NCBI GenBank assembly: GCA_963764625.1
Contig: CAVXTH010000003.1
Location: 32,001-96,000, forward strand
Source: Candidatus Krumholzibacteriota bacterium
GTDB taxonomy: Bacteria > Krumholzibacteriota > Krumholzibacteriia > JAJRXK01
Reading direction: 5' to 3'
DNA: 64,000 bases
Of the stretch, positions 31,474 through 41,053 are shown one piece after another (within the stretch, counting starts at the first letter, position 1; each line of letters begins with the position of its first letter). Both the position numbers and the translations under genes were made by a program. The notes beneath the pieces were generated by a model. It searched no databases. It was not told the origin of the DNA and saw only the letters and a program-made list of their open reading frames with translations.

Positions 31474-32289
31474 CTACTTATAGCGCTTGATGATATGGAA
31501 GCCGAAAGGCGTTTCCACAATTGCACTTACCTCGCCAACCTTCAGGGCGAACGCCGCGTCCTCAAAGGCGGGAACCATCATTCCGCGCCCGAAGGAACCC
31601 AGATCGCCTCCCCGCACTTTGGTGGGTCCGTCGCTGTATTCCTCGGCCACCGTGGCGAAGTCCTCCCCGGCCTTGATCTTGGCCAGGGCAGAGTCGGCGC
31701 GTGCCAGCGCTTCTTCACGGCTCCGCGTGATCTCGGGCGGTTTGCGGGTGGAGCCCTCGTGCATCACCAAGATGTGACGGCACGAGATCTTCTCGACCTT
31801 CTTCCTGAGGATCACGTGATAGCCGAAGGGGGTCTCCACCGGATCGCTGATGCTTCCGATCGGCAGCTTCTCGATCGCGGCATCGAACTCGGGAACCATG
31901 CGACCTTTCTCCCAGATCCCCAGGTTCCCGCCGCGCGAGGCGGAGGGTCCGTCGGAGTATTCCTTCGCGAGTTCCGCGAAGTCCTCACCCTTGCGAGCAC
32001 GCTCGGCAATCTGCTTGGCGAGGGTGAGCGCTTCTTCCTTCGTGCGGGTCACGGTTGCCGGCGCTCGCTGACTGCCCTGGTACATGATCAGGATGTGCGC
32101 GCCCGCGAATTCGACGGGTTCCGCCTCTGTCCCGCTCATGCTGTCGCCCGACGCGTCCTGAGCCGTGGCTTGCTGTGAGCCGTTGTCTGCGCTGGTGGCG
32201 TCTCCGTCCGCCTCGGCCTTCTTGCCATTGCAAGCGCTCAGCGCAACGAGGAGAATCGCCAGGGCGAGCATAATGTGACGGTGCTTCAT
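31474..32289 (-). CDS. Lipoprotein peptidyl-prolyl cis-trans isomerase with two parvulin domains
   Basis: Lipobox LSAC; two copies of HIL...F..LA..YSD....GG.LG....MVP.F......ETPFG.H. Confidence 0.92.
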   Translation of the reverse strand: MKHRHIMLALAILLVALSACNGKKAEADGDATSADNGSQQATAQDASGDSMSGTEAEPVEFAGAHILIMYQGSQRAPATVTRTKEEALTLAKQIAERARKGEDFAELAKEYSDGPSASRGGNLGIWEKGRMVPEFDAAIEKLPIGSISDPVETPFGYHVILRKKVEKISCRHILVMHEGSTRKPPEITRSREEALARADSALAKIKAGEDFATVAEEYSDGPTKVRGGDLGSFGRGMMVPAFEDAAFALKVGEVSAIVETPFGFHIIKRYK

Positions 32290-32312
32290 TCTCTTTCCTC
32301 AAGGGTGTGGGT

Positions 32313-33308
32313 TCAGCCGACCATTTTGCTCAGCAAATCCACGACCCGGTTCGAGTAGCCCCATTCGTTGTCGTACCAGCTCACCACTCGTGCCATCCCG
32401 ATGGGGTGGCTCTGGGTGATGGGTGCATCGAAGATGCTCGAATGGGAGTTGCCGATGATGTCGCTGGAAACCAGCGCCTCCTCGGAGTACAGAAGGACGG
32501 AAGCCATGGGTCCAGCTGCCGCCTCTTTCATTGCTCGATTGATTTCTTCTACGCTCGCCGGCCGCTCCAGTTCGACCGTAAAGTCCACGATCGAACCGTC
32601 GGGTACCGGAACCCGCATGGCCATTCCGTCGAGCTTGCCATCGAGAGCGGGCAGTACCTTACCCACCGCCCTTGCCGCGCCGGTAGTGGTGGGAATGATG
32701 TTCTCCGTCGCCGCGCGGCTCCGGCGGAGATCCTTGTGTGGCACGTCGGCCAGTCTCTGATCATTGGTGTAGGCGTGAACCGTGGTGACCAGCCCTTTCA
32801 CGATGCCGAAGTTCTCGTGCAGGACCTTGGCCACCGGAGCGAGACAGTTCGTGGTGCAGGAGGCGTTGGAGACGATGCGATGCTCCGGCTTCAACGCGTC
32901 GTCGTTCACCCCGAGCACGATCGTGGCATCGATGGCATCCTTGGCGGGAACGGTGAGCAGGACTTTTCCCGCGCCGGCTTTGAGGTGGGGTTCGAGGGTT
33001 TCGCGGGTTCGGAAGCGCCCGGTCGATTCAATGACCAGATCGACCCCGAGTTCCTTCCACGGCAACTCCAGGACCTCTCCGATCGCGGTCATGCGTGGAC
33101 TCTGCGTGCCGGCTTTCAACACGCCGTCCAACAGCTCGACTTTTCCCTCGTAGGTGCCCATTACCGTGTCGTACTTGAAGAGATAGGCCAAGGCCTCGTT
33201 GGAGGCGATGTCGTTGATCGCGACGACCTGGATGTCTTCGCGCCGCGAGAGAATGCGGAACACGCTTCGCCCGATTCGTCCGAAACCGTTGATGGCTACC
33301 GTGATCAT
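32313..33308 (-). CDS. gap: Type I glyceraldehyde-3-phosphate dehydrogenase
   Basis: INGFGRIGR, SNASCTTNCLAP, HAYTNDQ, NIIPTTTGAA, WYDNEWGY. Confidence 0.95.
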   Translation of the reverse strand: MITVAINGFGRIGRSVFRILSRREDIQVVAINDIASNEALAYLFKYDTVMGTYEGKVELLDGVLKAGTQSPRMTAIGEVLELPWKELGVDLVIESTGRFRTRETLEPHLKAGAGKVLLTVPAKDAIDATIVLGVNDDALKPEHRIVSNASCTTNCLAPVAKVLHENFGIVKGLVTTVHAYTNDQRLADVPHKDLRRSRAATENIIPTTTGAARAVGKVLPALDGKLDGMAMRVPVPDGSIVDFTVELERPASVEEINRAMKEAAAGPMASVLLYSEEALVSSDIIGNSHSSIFDAPITQSHPIGMARVVSWYDNEWGYSNRVVDLLSKMVG

Positions 33309-33311
33309 CGC

Positions 33312-34352
33312 CTACCTCCCTCCCATCTTCACCGGCGCCGCTTCGCGCAGCCCGAGAATTCGTGTGATCAACTCGACCACCCGCGTGGCATATCCCCAAC
33401 CGTTGTCGTACCAGATCACCGACTTGGCCAAGTTGCCTCCGATGACGAGAGTCGAGAGACTGTCGAAGATCGCGGAGTGAGAATTCCCGATGATATCGCT
33501 GCTCACCACGGCGTCTTCGCAGTACTCGACGATCGAGGCATAGGTAGTCTTCGCCGCCGATCGAATCACCTCGTTGATCTCCTCCCGCTTCACCTCGCGT
33601 TCGAGCAAGCACGTGAGATCGATGTTCGATCCATCGGGCACCGGCACGTTGAGCGCCATACCATCCAACTTGCCCTCGAGCTCGGGCAGCACGCGCCCGA
33701 TTCCGTCCGGCGAATAAGTGGAGGTGGGAATGATATTTTCCGCTGCCGCTCGGCTGCGCCGCAGATCCGCCCCGGGCACATCCGCCAACCGCAGAGCGTT
33801 GGTATAGGCGTGCACCGAGGTCATGACCGCGTGTGCGACTCCGAAGTTGTCGTCCATGAGGCGCAGAATGGGGGCCAGCGCGTTGATGGTGCAAGAACCG
33901 TTGCTCACGATCCGATGACTCGACTCGAGGATGCCGTCGTTCACTCCGGTCACCACCAGGGCGTCGACGTCCTCGGGAGTCTTGGGCGGGTAACAGAGGA
34001 TGACGGCGTGCGCGCCTTTGTCCAGGTGACGGCGAAGCATCTCGCGGGTCCGGTACTTGCCGGTGGCTTCGATGACCAGGTCCACTCCCAGAGCGCCCCA
34101 GTCCACGTCGCCCGGTTCCTTGGCCGTGATCATCTGGATCTGGCGACCCTTCACGTACATCGCGCTGCCCACGACCGAAACCGGGTCGCGGAAGCGGCCG
34201 TGCACCGTGTCGAACTTGAGGAGATATTCCAACCCCTTGGGGTCGGCCACGTCGACGATCGCGCTCACTTCGATGTCATCGCGGGGATACACGATGCGGA
34301 AGATGTTCCGGCCGATACGCCCGAATCCCATGATTCCAATCCGTACGTTCAT
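33312..34352 (-). CDS. Divergent GAPDH paralogue
   Basis: GFGRIGR, SNGSCTINALAP, HAYTNAL, NIIPTSTYSP, WYDNGWGY. Confidence 0.9.
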   Translation of the reverse strand: MNVRIGIMGFGRIGRNIFRIVYPRDDIEVSAIVDVADPKGLEYLLKFDTVHGRFRDPVSVVGSAMYVKGRQIQMITAKEPGDVDWGALGVDLVIEATGKYRTREMLRRHLDKGAHAVILCYPPKTPEDVDALVVTGVNDGILESSHRIVSNGSCTINALAPILRLMDDNFGVAHAVMTSVHAYTNALRLADVPGADLRRSRAAAENIIPTSTYSPDGIGRVLPELEGKLDGMALNVPVPDGSNIDLTCLLEREVKREEINEVIRSAAKTTYASIVEYCEDAVVSSDIIGNSHSAIFDSLSTLVIGGNLAKSVIWYDNGWGYATRVVELITRILGLREAAPVKMGGR

Positions 34353-34499
34353 TTCCGCCCTCACTTCCTGAAACCCCTGCGCGCAACGAGAACGCGCGGG
34401 TCCCTCGCCACCACGCGGGAACTCAAGCTAGCGCGGATGCCCCAGATAATCCAGTCCCGCTTGGGGCCGGGGCGGCCGGGCGGCCCCGTTCAGGCCATC

Positions 34500-34528
34500 T
34501 TGCCGCCTCGTCGAACTAGTGGTAGTGT
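34500..34528 (+). promoter_or_regulatory. Putative sigma70 promoter upstream of the dehydrogenase gene
   Basis: TTGCCG-17 nt-TAGTGT with TG extended -10. Confidence 0.4.
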
Positions 34529-34646
34529 GCCTTGCCGCCTCGGGGAAGTCCCTCGAGGCCGTGGTTTGGGGCCCCTCCGCTGTGGCGGACGAGGGGCGAG
34601 AAAACGGCGCTCTGAATCCGATTTCAAGTCTCTCAAGGAGGACGAA

Positions 34647-35765
34647 GTGGCGAAGTATCGCATCGCGTGGATGCCCGGCGACGGAGTGGGCAAGGAAGTC
34701 ATGGAAGCCGCGCGGATTTGTCTGGATGCTCTGAAGTTCGACGCGGACTACGCGGACGCGGAAATCGGCTGGGATTTGTGGATGCGCGAGGGCAATCCGC
34801 TGCCCGATCGAACCCTGGAGATCTTGCGCGGCACCGACGCCTGCCTCTTCGGCGCCATCACCTCCAAACCCAAAGCCGAGGCCGAGGCGAGCCTGCCCGA
34901 GAGCCTCAGGGGAAAGGGGCACGAGTACTTCAGCCCCATCGTGCGGCTGCGGCAGGAGTTCGACCTGCACACCAATTTGAGGCCCTGCAAAGCCTATCCG
35001 GGGAACCCGTTGAACTACCGGGACACCATCGACCTCGTCGTGTTCCGGGAGAACACCGAGGGTCTCTACGTCGGCATCGAGTGGAGTCCGGTGCCGCAAG
35101 AACTCTGGAAAGCCATTCGGTCGAATCACAAGAAAGCTGCGCGTTTCGACTCCACCCCATTGGATGAAATGGCGATGAGCGTGCGCATCATCACCCAGAA
35201 AGGCGCGCGCCGCATCGTCACGCAGGCATTCGAGTATGCCAAGCAGCATGGCCGCAAGAGCGTGACCCTGGTGGAAAAGCCCAACGTGCTGCGCGAAACC
35301 AGTGGACTCATGACGAGGGTCGCGCGCGAGGTCGCGGCCGACTACCCGGGCATCGAGCTATGGGAAACCAACATCGACGCCATGATGATGTGGCTGGTGA
35401 AGAACCCGGAGACCTACGACGTCATCGTCACCTCGAACATGTTCGGCGACATCACCAGCGATCTCTGCGCTCAGCTGGTCGGTGGACTGGGCTTCGCCTG
35501 CAGCGGAAACATCGGCGACGAATACGCCGTCTTCGAGCCCACGCACGGCAGCGCACCCAAGTACGAAGGGCTGTACAAGGTCAACCCGATCGCCGAGATT
35601 CTCACCGCCAAGATGATGTTGGAATGGCTGGGCGAGAGCCAGTTGGCGAAACGGATCGAAGACTCGGTGGCGGAAGTCATCGCGGAAGGCAAGGTGCGCA
35701 CCTACGACATGGGCGGCAACAACACCACCTTGGAGCTCGCCAAGGCCATCGCCGCCAAACTCTAG
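34647..35765 (+). CDS. Isocitrate/isopropylmalate (homoisocitrate-like) beta-decarboxylating dehydrogenase
   Basis: PGDGVGKEV, LFGAITS, SPIVRLR...NLRP, RENTEGLY, NMFGDITSDL, FEPTHGSAPK; GTG after AAGGAGG. Confidence 0.9.
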   Translation: MAKYRIAWMPGDGVGKEVMEAARICLDALKFDADYADAEIGWDLWMREGNPLPDRTLEILRGTDACLFGAITSKPKAEAEASLPESLRGKGHEYFSPIVRLRQEFDLHTNLRPCKAYPGNPLNYRDTIDLVVFRENTEGLYVGIEWSPVPQELWKAIRSNHKKAARFDSTPLDEMAMSVRIITQKGARRIVTQAFEYAKQHGRKSVTLVEKPNVLRETSGLMTRVAREVAADYPGIELWETNIDAMMMWLVKNPETYDVIVTSNMFGDITSDLCAQLVGGLGFACSGNIGDEYAVFEPTHGSAPKYEGLYKVNPIAEILTAKMMLEWLGESQLAKRIEDSVAEVIAEGKVRTYDMGGNNTTLELAKAIAAKL

Positions 35766-35773
35766 GAGAGCGC

Positions 35774-37252
35774 GTGCTGCTTTCTCCGCTCGACATATTC
35801 GTCGTCGCCCTCTACGCCGGGGCCGTACTCGGCCTCGGCGCTCTCGCGTCGAGAAGACAATCGGCCACCGGGGAATTCTTTCTCGCCGGGCGTTCGCTCC
35901 CTTGGCCCCTGGTCGGGGCATCCATTCTGGCCACCGCGTTCTCCGCCGCATCCCTTCTGGGCGGTCCCGGCGAGGCTTTCGGCCACGGACTGTTGTGGCT
36001 GCAACTCCAGATCGGCGACCTGCTGGCCATCCTGATCGTGTGCTGGCTCTTCCTTCCCTTCTATCACTCCCTCAGCACCACCACGGCCTACGAGTACCTC
36101 GAACGGCGCTTCGGCCCTCGAGCCCGCGTCCTCGCGGCGCTCCTCTTCCAACTCCAGGTGGTCTTTCGCTTGGGCGTCCTGCTCTACGGTCCGGCCCTCG
36201 CCCTCGCCGCGCTCAGTGGACTCGACCTGAGAGCTGGCGATCGTGAGCGTGGGAATGGTGGCGACCGCCTACACCCTCATGGGAGGCCTGGCCGCGGTGG
36301 TGTGGACCGACCTCTTGCAGCTGGTGGTGATCGTGGTTGGGGTCGCACTGTGTGCCCGCGTCGCGGTCGAGGGCATCCCCGGGGGACTCTCGGCCGCCCT
36401 CCACATCGCGCGCGAGCATGGCCGCCTCACCCTGATCGATACCTCGCTTCCGCCAAGTTCGGTGCGCTCGCTCCTGGGAGCCGTGGTGGGCTACGGAATT
36501 CTCTCGCTCTCGGTGGCGGGAACGAATCAGCAACCGGTACAGCGCTATCTCGCCTGCAAATCCACCGCGGACGCGCGACGGGCGGCACTGACCGGCTGGG
36601 CGGTGGGTCTCTTCGTCACTCTGATCACACTTCTTCTGGGTGTGCTGTTCTTCGCGTTCTATCGCATCCACTTGGGCGAGCTTCCGGCAGATCTCTCTCC
36701 CGACGCGGTGTTCCCCGCTTCGCGGCCGATCATCTCCCCCCGGGAATCCTGGGGCTGGCGGTCGCCGCCATCTTCGCCGCCGCCATGTCCAGCCTCGACT
36801 CCGCCCTGCACTCTCTGAGCACTTCGAGCGTGGTCGATCTCTACCAGCGCTTTCTGGTCACCGGCCGCGCCGATGCCCATTACCTGAAGGTCGCGCGCAT
36901 CGCGATTCTCCTCTGGGGACTCCTCGGGATCGTCGCCGCCCTCTACGTCGCCGGCCGGGGTTCGCTTCTGGCGATGGCGGTGCGCTACGTGGGGTACTTC
37001 GCGGGTCCGGTGCTCGGACTCTTCCTGCTCGGACTCCTGGTCCGGCGCAGCAACGAGCCGGGCGCGGTGAGCGCAGTCGCGTTGGCCTTTCTCGCGGTGG
37101 TGCTCAGCGTGAACGCCGAGAAAATCTTCGGCGCGCCCAGCCCGATCGGCGGGATCTGGATCGCGGCTCTGGGATGCGGAGTGACTCTGGGGTTTGGGAC
37201 CCTGCTCAGCCTCCTGTGGCCGACCGTCAGCGCAGACCGCGCTGACTCTTGA
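35774..37252 (+). CDS. Sodium:solute symporter (two compensating frameshifts, ~36232 and ~36715)
   Basis: FFLAGRSLPW, AYEYLERRFG, (shifted frame) YTLMGGLAAVVWTD and QQPVQRYL, then AAAMSSLDS. Confidence 0.88.
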   Translation: MLLSPLDIFVVALYAGAVLGLGALASRRQSATGEFFLAGRSLPWPLVGASILATAFSAASLLGGPGEAFGHGLLWLQLQIGDLLAILIVCWLFLPFYHSLSTTTAYEYLERRFGPRARVLAALLFQLQVVFRLGVLLYGPALALAALSGLDLRAGDRERGNGGDRLHPHGRPGRGGVDRPLAAGGDRGWGRTVCPRRGRGHPRGTLGRPPHRARAWPPHPDRYLASAKFGALAPGSRGGLRNSLALGGGNESATGTALSRLQIHRGRATGGTDRLGGGSLRHSDHTSSGCAVLRVLSHPLGRASGRSLSRRGVPRFAADHLPPGILGLAVAAIFAAAMSSLDSALHSLSTSSVVDLYQRFLVTGRADAHYLKVARIAILLWGLLGIVAALYVAGRGSLLAMAVRYVGYFAGPVLGLFLLGLLVRRSNEPGAVSAVALAFLAVVLSVNAEKIFGAPSPIGGIWIAALGCGVTLGFGTLLSLLWPTVSADRADS

Positions 37253-37964
37253 TCTCCTCGTAGGCGGCCTGGATTTCCTTGAACCGGGTCTCGGCCAGCT
37301 CCACGAATTCCTGGGGCAGTCCCTTCCCGATGATCTTGTCGGGATGATATTCGCTCACCAGGTGCCGGTAGCGAGTCTTGATCTCCTCCGGCGTAGCGGA
37401 GGGCTCAAGGCCCAAGACCGCATAGTGACGGCTCGGGTCGCCGCCTTTGCCCGCGAGCATTCCGTCGAGCGCGTGCGCGTCCATGCGGAAGATCCGCGCG
37501 GCCGCGCGCAGCATCTTCTCCTCCTTCGGATGCACCTTCCCGTCGGCCGCGGCCAGGCGCACCAGGAGATCGAGCATCACTTCGTACATGCGCGGCTCCG
37601 CCGCGAAGATGGTGGCGAACTGCTGCGCGTAGTCCTCGAAGCGATCGGGACTCTCCTTGGCTCTGCGAAAGATCTCGATGGCGTGGTTCTGATCCTGAGG
37701 CGAGAGCCGCAGCTGGTTCTGCATGAAATCGCGCACGAGTGCGATTTCCTCGTCGCTCACCCGGCCATCCGCCTTGGCCAGCTTGGCGAGCATGGAAAAT
37801 GTGGTGACGAAGAAGGCCGCCTGGGCCTGCTGCCTCGCGTCGGCGATCTTTCCCCCGGCCCCCTCCCCCAGTTTGTGCCCGACCACCGCACCCAAAAGGC
37901 CGCCAATCGGTCCTCCCAGGGTGAAGCCGATCGCTCCGCCGAAGATGCTTCCGATGAGACCCAC
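37227..37964 (-). CDS. djlA: DjlA-like co-chaperone (TM + TerB-like + C-terminal J domain)
   Basis: GGAIGF.LGGPIG, AKLAKADGRVSDEE, YAVLG...YR.LVSEYHPDK. Confidence 0.88.
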   Translation of the reverse strand: MGLIGSIFGGAIGFTLGGPIGGLLGAVVGHKLGEGAGGKIADARQQAQAAFFVTTFSMLAKLAKADGRVSDEEIALVRDFMQNQLRLSPQDQNHAIEIFRRAKESPDRFEDYAQQFATIFAAEPRMYEVMLDLLVRLAAADGKVHPKEEKMLRAAARIFRMDAHALDGMLAGKGGDPSRHYAVLGLEPSATPEEIKTRYRHLVSEYHPDKIIGKGLPQEFVELAETRFKEIQAAYEEIKSQRGLR

Positions 37965-37975
37965 TCGAAGTCCTC

Positions 37976-40900
37976 TCAGTCTTGCAGGACGCGAACCGCA
38001 CCTCGCGCGCGTCGCCACGGCCACATCACAATTCGTCCCATGCCAGCCACGGTGTCCTCGACGAGCGTGGCGGTGGTGGGGAGCAATACCGAAGTCAGGA
38101 AGGTGCTCAGCGAGAGGCCCCCCATGATCACCAGGGCGATGGAGTAATAGTAGACCCCCCCAATCGTCGGCTTCTGCACCACGATGGGAACCAGGCCGAT
38201 GAGGGTCGTCAACGCGGTCATCAGAATGGGCCGCAGCCTCTCGCGACCGCCTTTGAGCATGGCCTCCTCGCGCGGCATCCCCGCCCGCCGGTAGGAATTG
38301 ATGTGCTCGAGCATGACGATTCCGTTGTTCACCACGATGCCGATCAAGAGCAAGAGCCCGACCGCCGCCGGTTGGTCGAAATCGGTGCCGGTGAGGTAGA
38401 GAGTCCACATCGCTCCGGCCAGAGCGAAGGGCAAGGCGACCATGAGGGCGATGGCCTGACGCACCGACTCGAAGAGCCCGGCCATGACCGCGAACACCAG
38501 GAGCAGGGCCAGGCCGAGATTCACCAGGAACTCGCGCGATTTCTCCTTGTTCCTCTCCTGCCAGCGTCCGAAGGTCCAGCGGTAGCCATAGGGAAAGTCC
38601 ATCGAGTTCAGCGCCGCGGCCACTTTGGGCGTGTAATCCTCACCGCGGCCCTCTCGATAGCTCGCGCCAACCCACAGACTGGTGAGTCGATTGTCGCGTT
38701 GAATGCGCTGTGCCCCGGGAACTTGCTTCAGTGCGGCCATCGAGGCCAAAGGGATGCGAGTGCCGTCTTCGGTCCAAATGGGCAGGTTATTGAGCTGCGC
38801 GAAGCTCTCGACTTTCTTTTCGTCGAGAGTGAGCCGCATCTCGCGTTCTCCCTCGGGAGTGCGGTAGCGCGGCAGGCGTCGCCCGCGATAGGTGAGCCCC
38901 ACGATCTGCGCGGCCTGCGTGGGCGAAACTCCGTAGCGGGAGAGCAACTCGCGGTCGAGCTGGACGTGGATCTCCTGGTTACCCTCATCCATGCTGGAGA
39001 AGGGCTCCACCAGCCCGTCGATCTTCGACAGGCGATCCTTGGCCTCCTCCGCCAGACGCGCCAGGACCTCGGAGTCCTCCCCCACGATCTGGAACGCGAC
39101 CCGCTTCCCCCGGTCCATCCGCCACTGCTGGCGGTTCTCCTCCACTTCCACTTTCACCCCGGCGATGGGGGGAATGATGGACGGCAGCGCTTTGCGAACT
39201 CTGGCGAAGTTCTCGTTATTGGCCTCTCCTTTCTTCAAGTAGATGCGGGTGAGAGTACAACGGTCGCTCCAGAACGAATAGATCGAACGCGCTTTCAACT
39301 CGGCCTTGTGTTTGCGCAGAGCCGTCTCCACCCGGCTGACTACTTCTTCCTTGCGGGCCAGACTCATGTCTTCGCTGAAGTCGTAGCGCATCCCCACGAA
39401 GAGCTCGGTCTGGGTGGTATCGAAGTTCTTGTCGACTCGCATGAAGGGAATGTAGCCCGACGCCAGAATCGCGACGCCGATCACCGGCGCCAACCAGCGA
39501 TGGTGCAAATTGAATGCGAGAAGCGACTGGTAGTGATCCTCCAGTTTGACCATGAACCGGCCTTTGGGTCCCGGACGTCGACGCACGAACCAGGAGGTCG
39601 CCATGGGGATGAGGGTCTGGCTCACAAAAAGGGACGCGAGGAGCGAGATACACACCGTGATGCCCAGCTCGCGCAGATAGATGTTCATCTCGCTGGGCTT
39701 GTTGAAGATGAGCGGCAGGAAGACGATGACGGAAGTCAACGTCGCCGCCACCACCGCGGTGGAGACCTCCTTCGCCCCCAGCCGCGAAGCGACTTTCTGG
39801 TCCTCCCCCATCTCGCGATGGCGGAAGATGTTCTCCATCACCACGACCGCGTTGTCCACCAGCATCCCCACCCCCACGATCAATCCGAGGAGGGTGAGCG
39901 TGTTGAGGGTGTGCCCCTGGCTCCACAGAATCCCGCAGGTCACCACCAGCGAGAAGGGAATGCACATCACCGCGATCAGCGTGATTCCCACCCGGCGCAA
40001 GAACAACAGAAGCACCAGTCCCGCCAGGATGGTCCCGAACACTCCGCTGAACGCGAGGTCGCGCAGGGTGTTCTCGATCTCCTCTCCCTGATCGAACCAG
40101 ACCAGGAAGTTGACCCCCTCCAGCTCGGGATCGGCGTTCATTGCGGCGATGCGCTTCTTGAGGGCCCGACCCACTTCTACCGTGTTGGCCTTCGCCTCCT
40201 GGGTGACTTCGATGCCCACCGCGAAGCGACCATCGAGGTGCCGTCCGTAGTCCAGCGGTGGCTCTTCGTATTGCACCTCGGCCACGTCGGAAAGGCATAG
40301 GCCATCTTCCCGCAGGGGAAGGTCCTTGATCTGCTCCACGCTAGCCAGAGTGGAGATGGTGCGTACCGAGTAGCGCTGGTCGCCCTCTTCGACCTTACCC
40401 AGGCTCATGTCGAAATTCGAACCCTGCAGAACGCGCAACACCTGGCGCACGTCCATCCCGTAGAACTGCAGCGCGTCGACTTTGAGGTTGATCCTGACTT
40501 CCTTCGGGGCCACTCCGTCCAGGCGGACTTGCGCCACTCCCGGAATTCGCTCGAGGGGCCGCACGATGCGCCGATCCAAGAGCTCGTAGCTCGCACTCAA
40601 ATCGCGTTCGCTGGAGAGTCGTCCCTCCAGGATGGGCGCGTCGGCGCCGCGATCGTCCCAGTCGTTGGAGACACGAATGTCCCCCAGATCGTCGGGGAGA
40701 TCGCGCCGCACCCGGTCGATCTTTTCCCAGATCTCCGTGCGCGCCACGTTGAGGTCGGTACTCCAGGAAAATCCGAGACGAATTCGTCCGCCGTCCGAAC
40801 TGCACATGGACCACATCTCGTTCAGGCCCTTGACCGATCCCACCGCGTCCTCGACCGGCCGCACCACCATGCGCTCGACTTGCTCGGGAGAGGCGTTCTC

Positions 40901-41053
40901 GTAGGGAAGCGTGATGAAGAGCTGAGGCCGCTCGAACTCCGGCATGAAAGCCAAGGGCAGGCGCACGAGCGCGACCAAGCCCAGGACGAGCAGGCTGACC
41001 AGAACCATCAGGGTGGTGACATGACGGCGGATGGCTAGCTCGGGAAGCGTCAT
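37976..41053 (-). CDS. RND efflux permease (AcrB family), second subunit
   Basis: GMLVDNAVVVMENI, GIVVNNGIV, RLRPILMT; ~1025 aa. Confidence 0.92.
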   Translation of the reverse strand: MTLPELAIRRHVTTLMVLVSLLVLGLVALVRLPLAFMPEFERPQLFITLPYENASPEQVERMVVRPVEDAVGSVKGLNEMWSMCSSDGGRIRLGFSWSTDLNVARTEIWEKIDRVRRDLPDDLGDIRVSNDWDDRGADAPILEGRLSSERDLSASYELLDRRIVRPLERIPGVAQVRLDGVAPKEVRINLKVDALQFYGMDVRQVLRVLQGSNFDMSLGKVEEGDQRYSVRTISTLASVEQIKDLPLREDGLCLSDVAEVQYEEPPLDYGRHLDGRFAVGIEVTQEAKANTVEVGRALKKRIAAMNADPELEGVNFLVWFDQGEEIENTLRDLAFSGVFGTILAGLVLLLFLRRVGITLIAVMCIPFSLVVTCGILWSQGHTLNTLTLLGLIVGVGMLVDNAVVVMENIFRHREMGEDQKVASRLGAKEVSTAVVAATLTSVIVFLPLIFNKPSEMNIYLRELGITVCISLLASLFVSQTLIPMATSWFVRRRPGPKGRFMVKLEDHYQSLLAFNLHHRWLAPVIGVAILASGYIPFMRVDKNFDTTQTELFVGMRYDFSEDMSLARKEEVVSRVETALRKHKAELKARSIYSFWSDRCTLTRIYLKKGEANNENFARVRKALPSIIPPIAGVKVEVEENRQQWRMDRGKRVAFQIVGEDSEVLARLAEEAKDRLSKIDGLVEPFSSMDEGNQEIHVQLDRELLSRYGVSPTQAAQIVGLTYRGRRLPRYRTPEGEREMRLTLDEKKVESFAQLNNLPIWTEDGTRIPLASMAALKQVPGAQRIQRDNRLTSLWVGASYREGRGEDYTPKVAAALNSMDFPYGYRWTFGRWQERNKEKSREFLVNLGLALLLVFAVMAGLFESVRQAIALMVALPFALAGAMWTLYLTGTDFDQPAAVGLLLLIGIVVNNGIVMLEHINSYRRAGMPREEAMLKGGRERLRPILMTALTTLIGLVPIVVQKPTIGGVYYYSIALVIMGGLSLSTFLTSVLLPTTATLVEDTVAGMGRIVMWPWRRARGAVRVLQD

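Noticed and set aside
34499-34542. 12-bp direct repeat CTTGCCGCCTCG in the gap/dehydrogenase intergenic region
   Set aside because: Only two copies in GC-rich DNA; cannot be distinguished from chance without comparative data.
32307-35765. 1152-aa plus-strand ORF suggesting a giant dehydrogenase fusion
   Set aside because: The first ~780 codons are the antisense shadow of the two gap genes plus intergenic DNA. The real gene starts at GTG 34647 after AAGGAGG.
40395-41049. 200-aa C-terminal extension of the first RND permease overlapping the second
   Set aside because: Read-through caused by a missing base near 41067.
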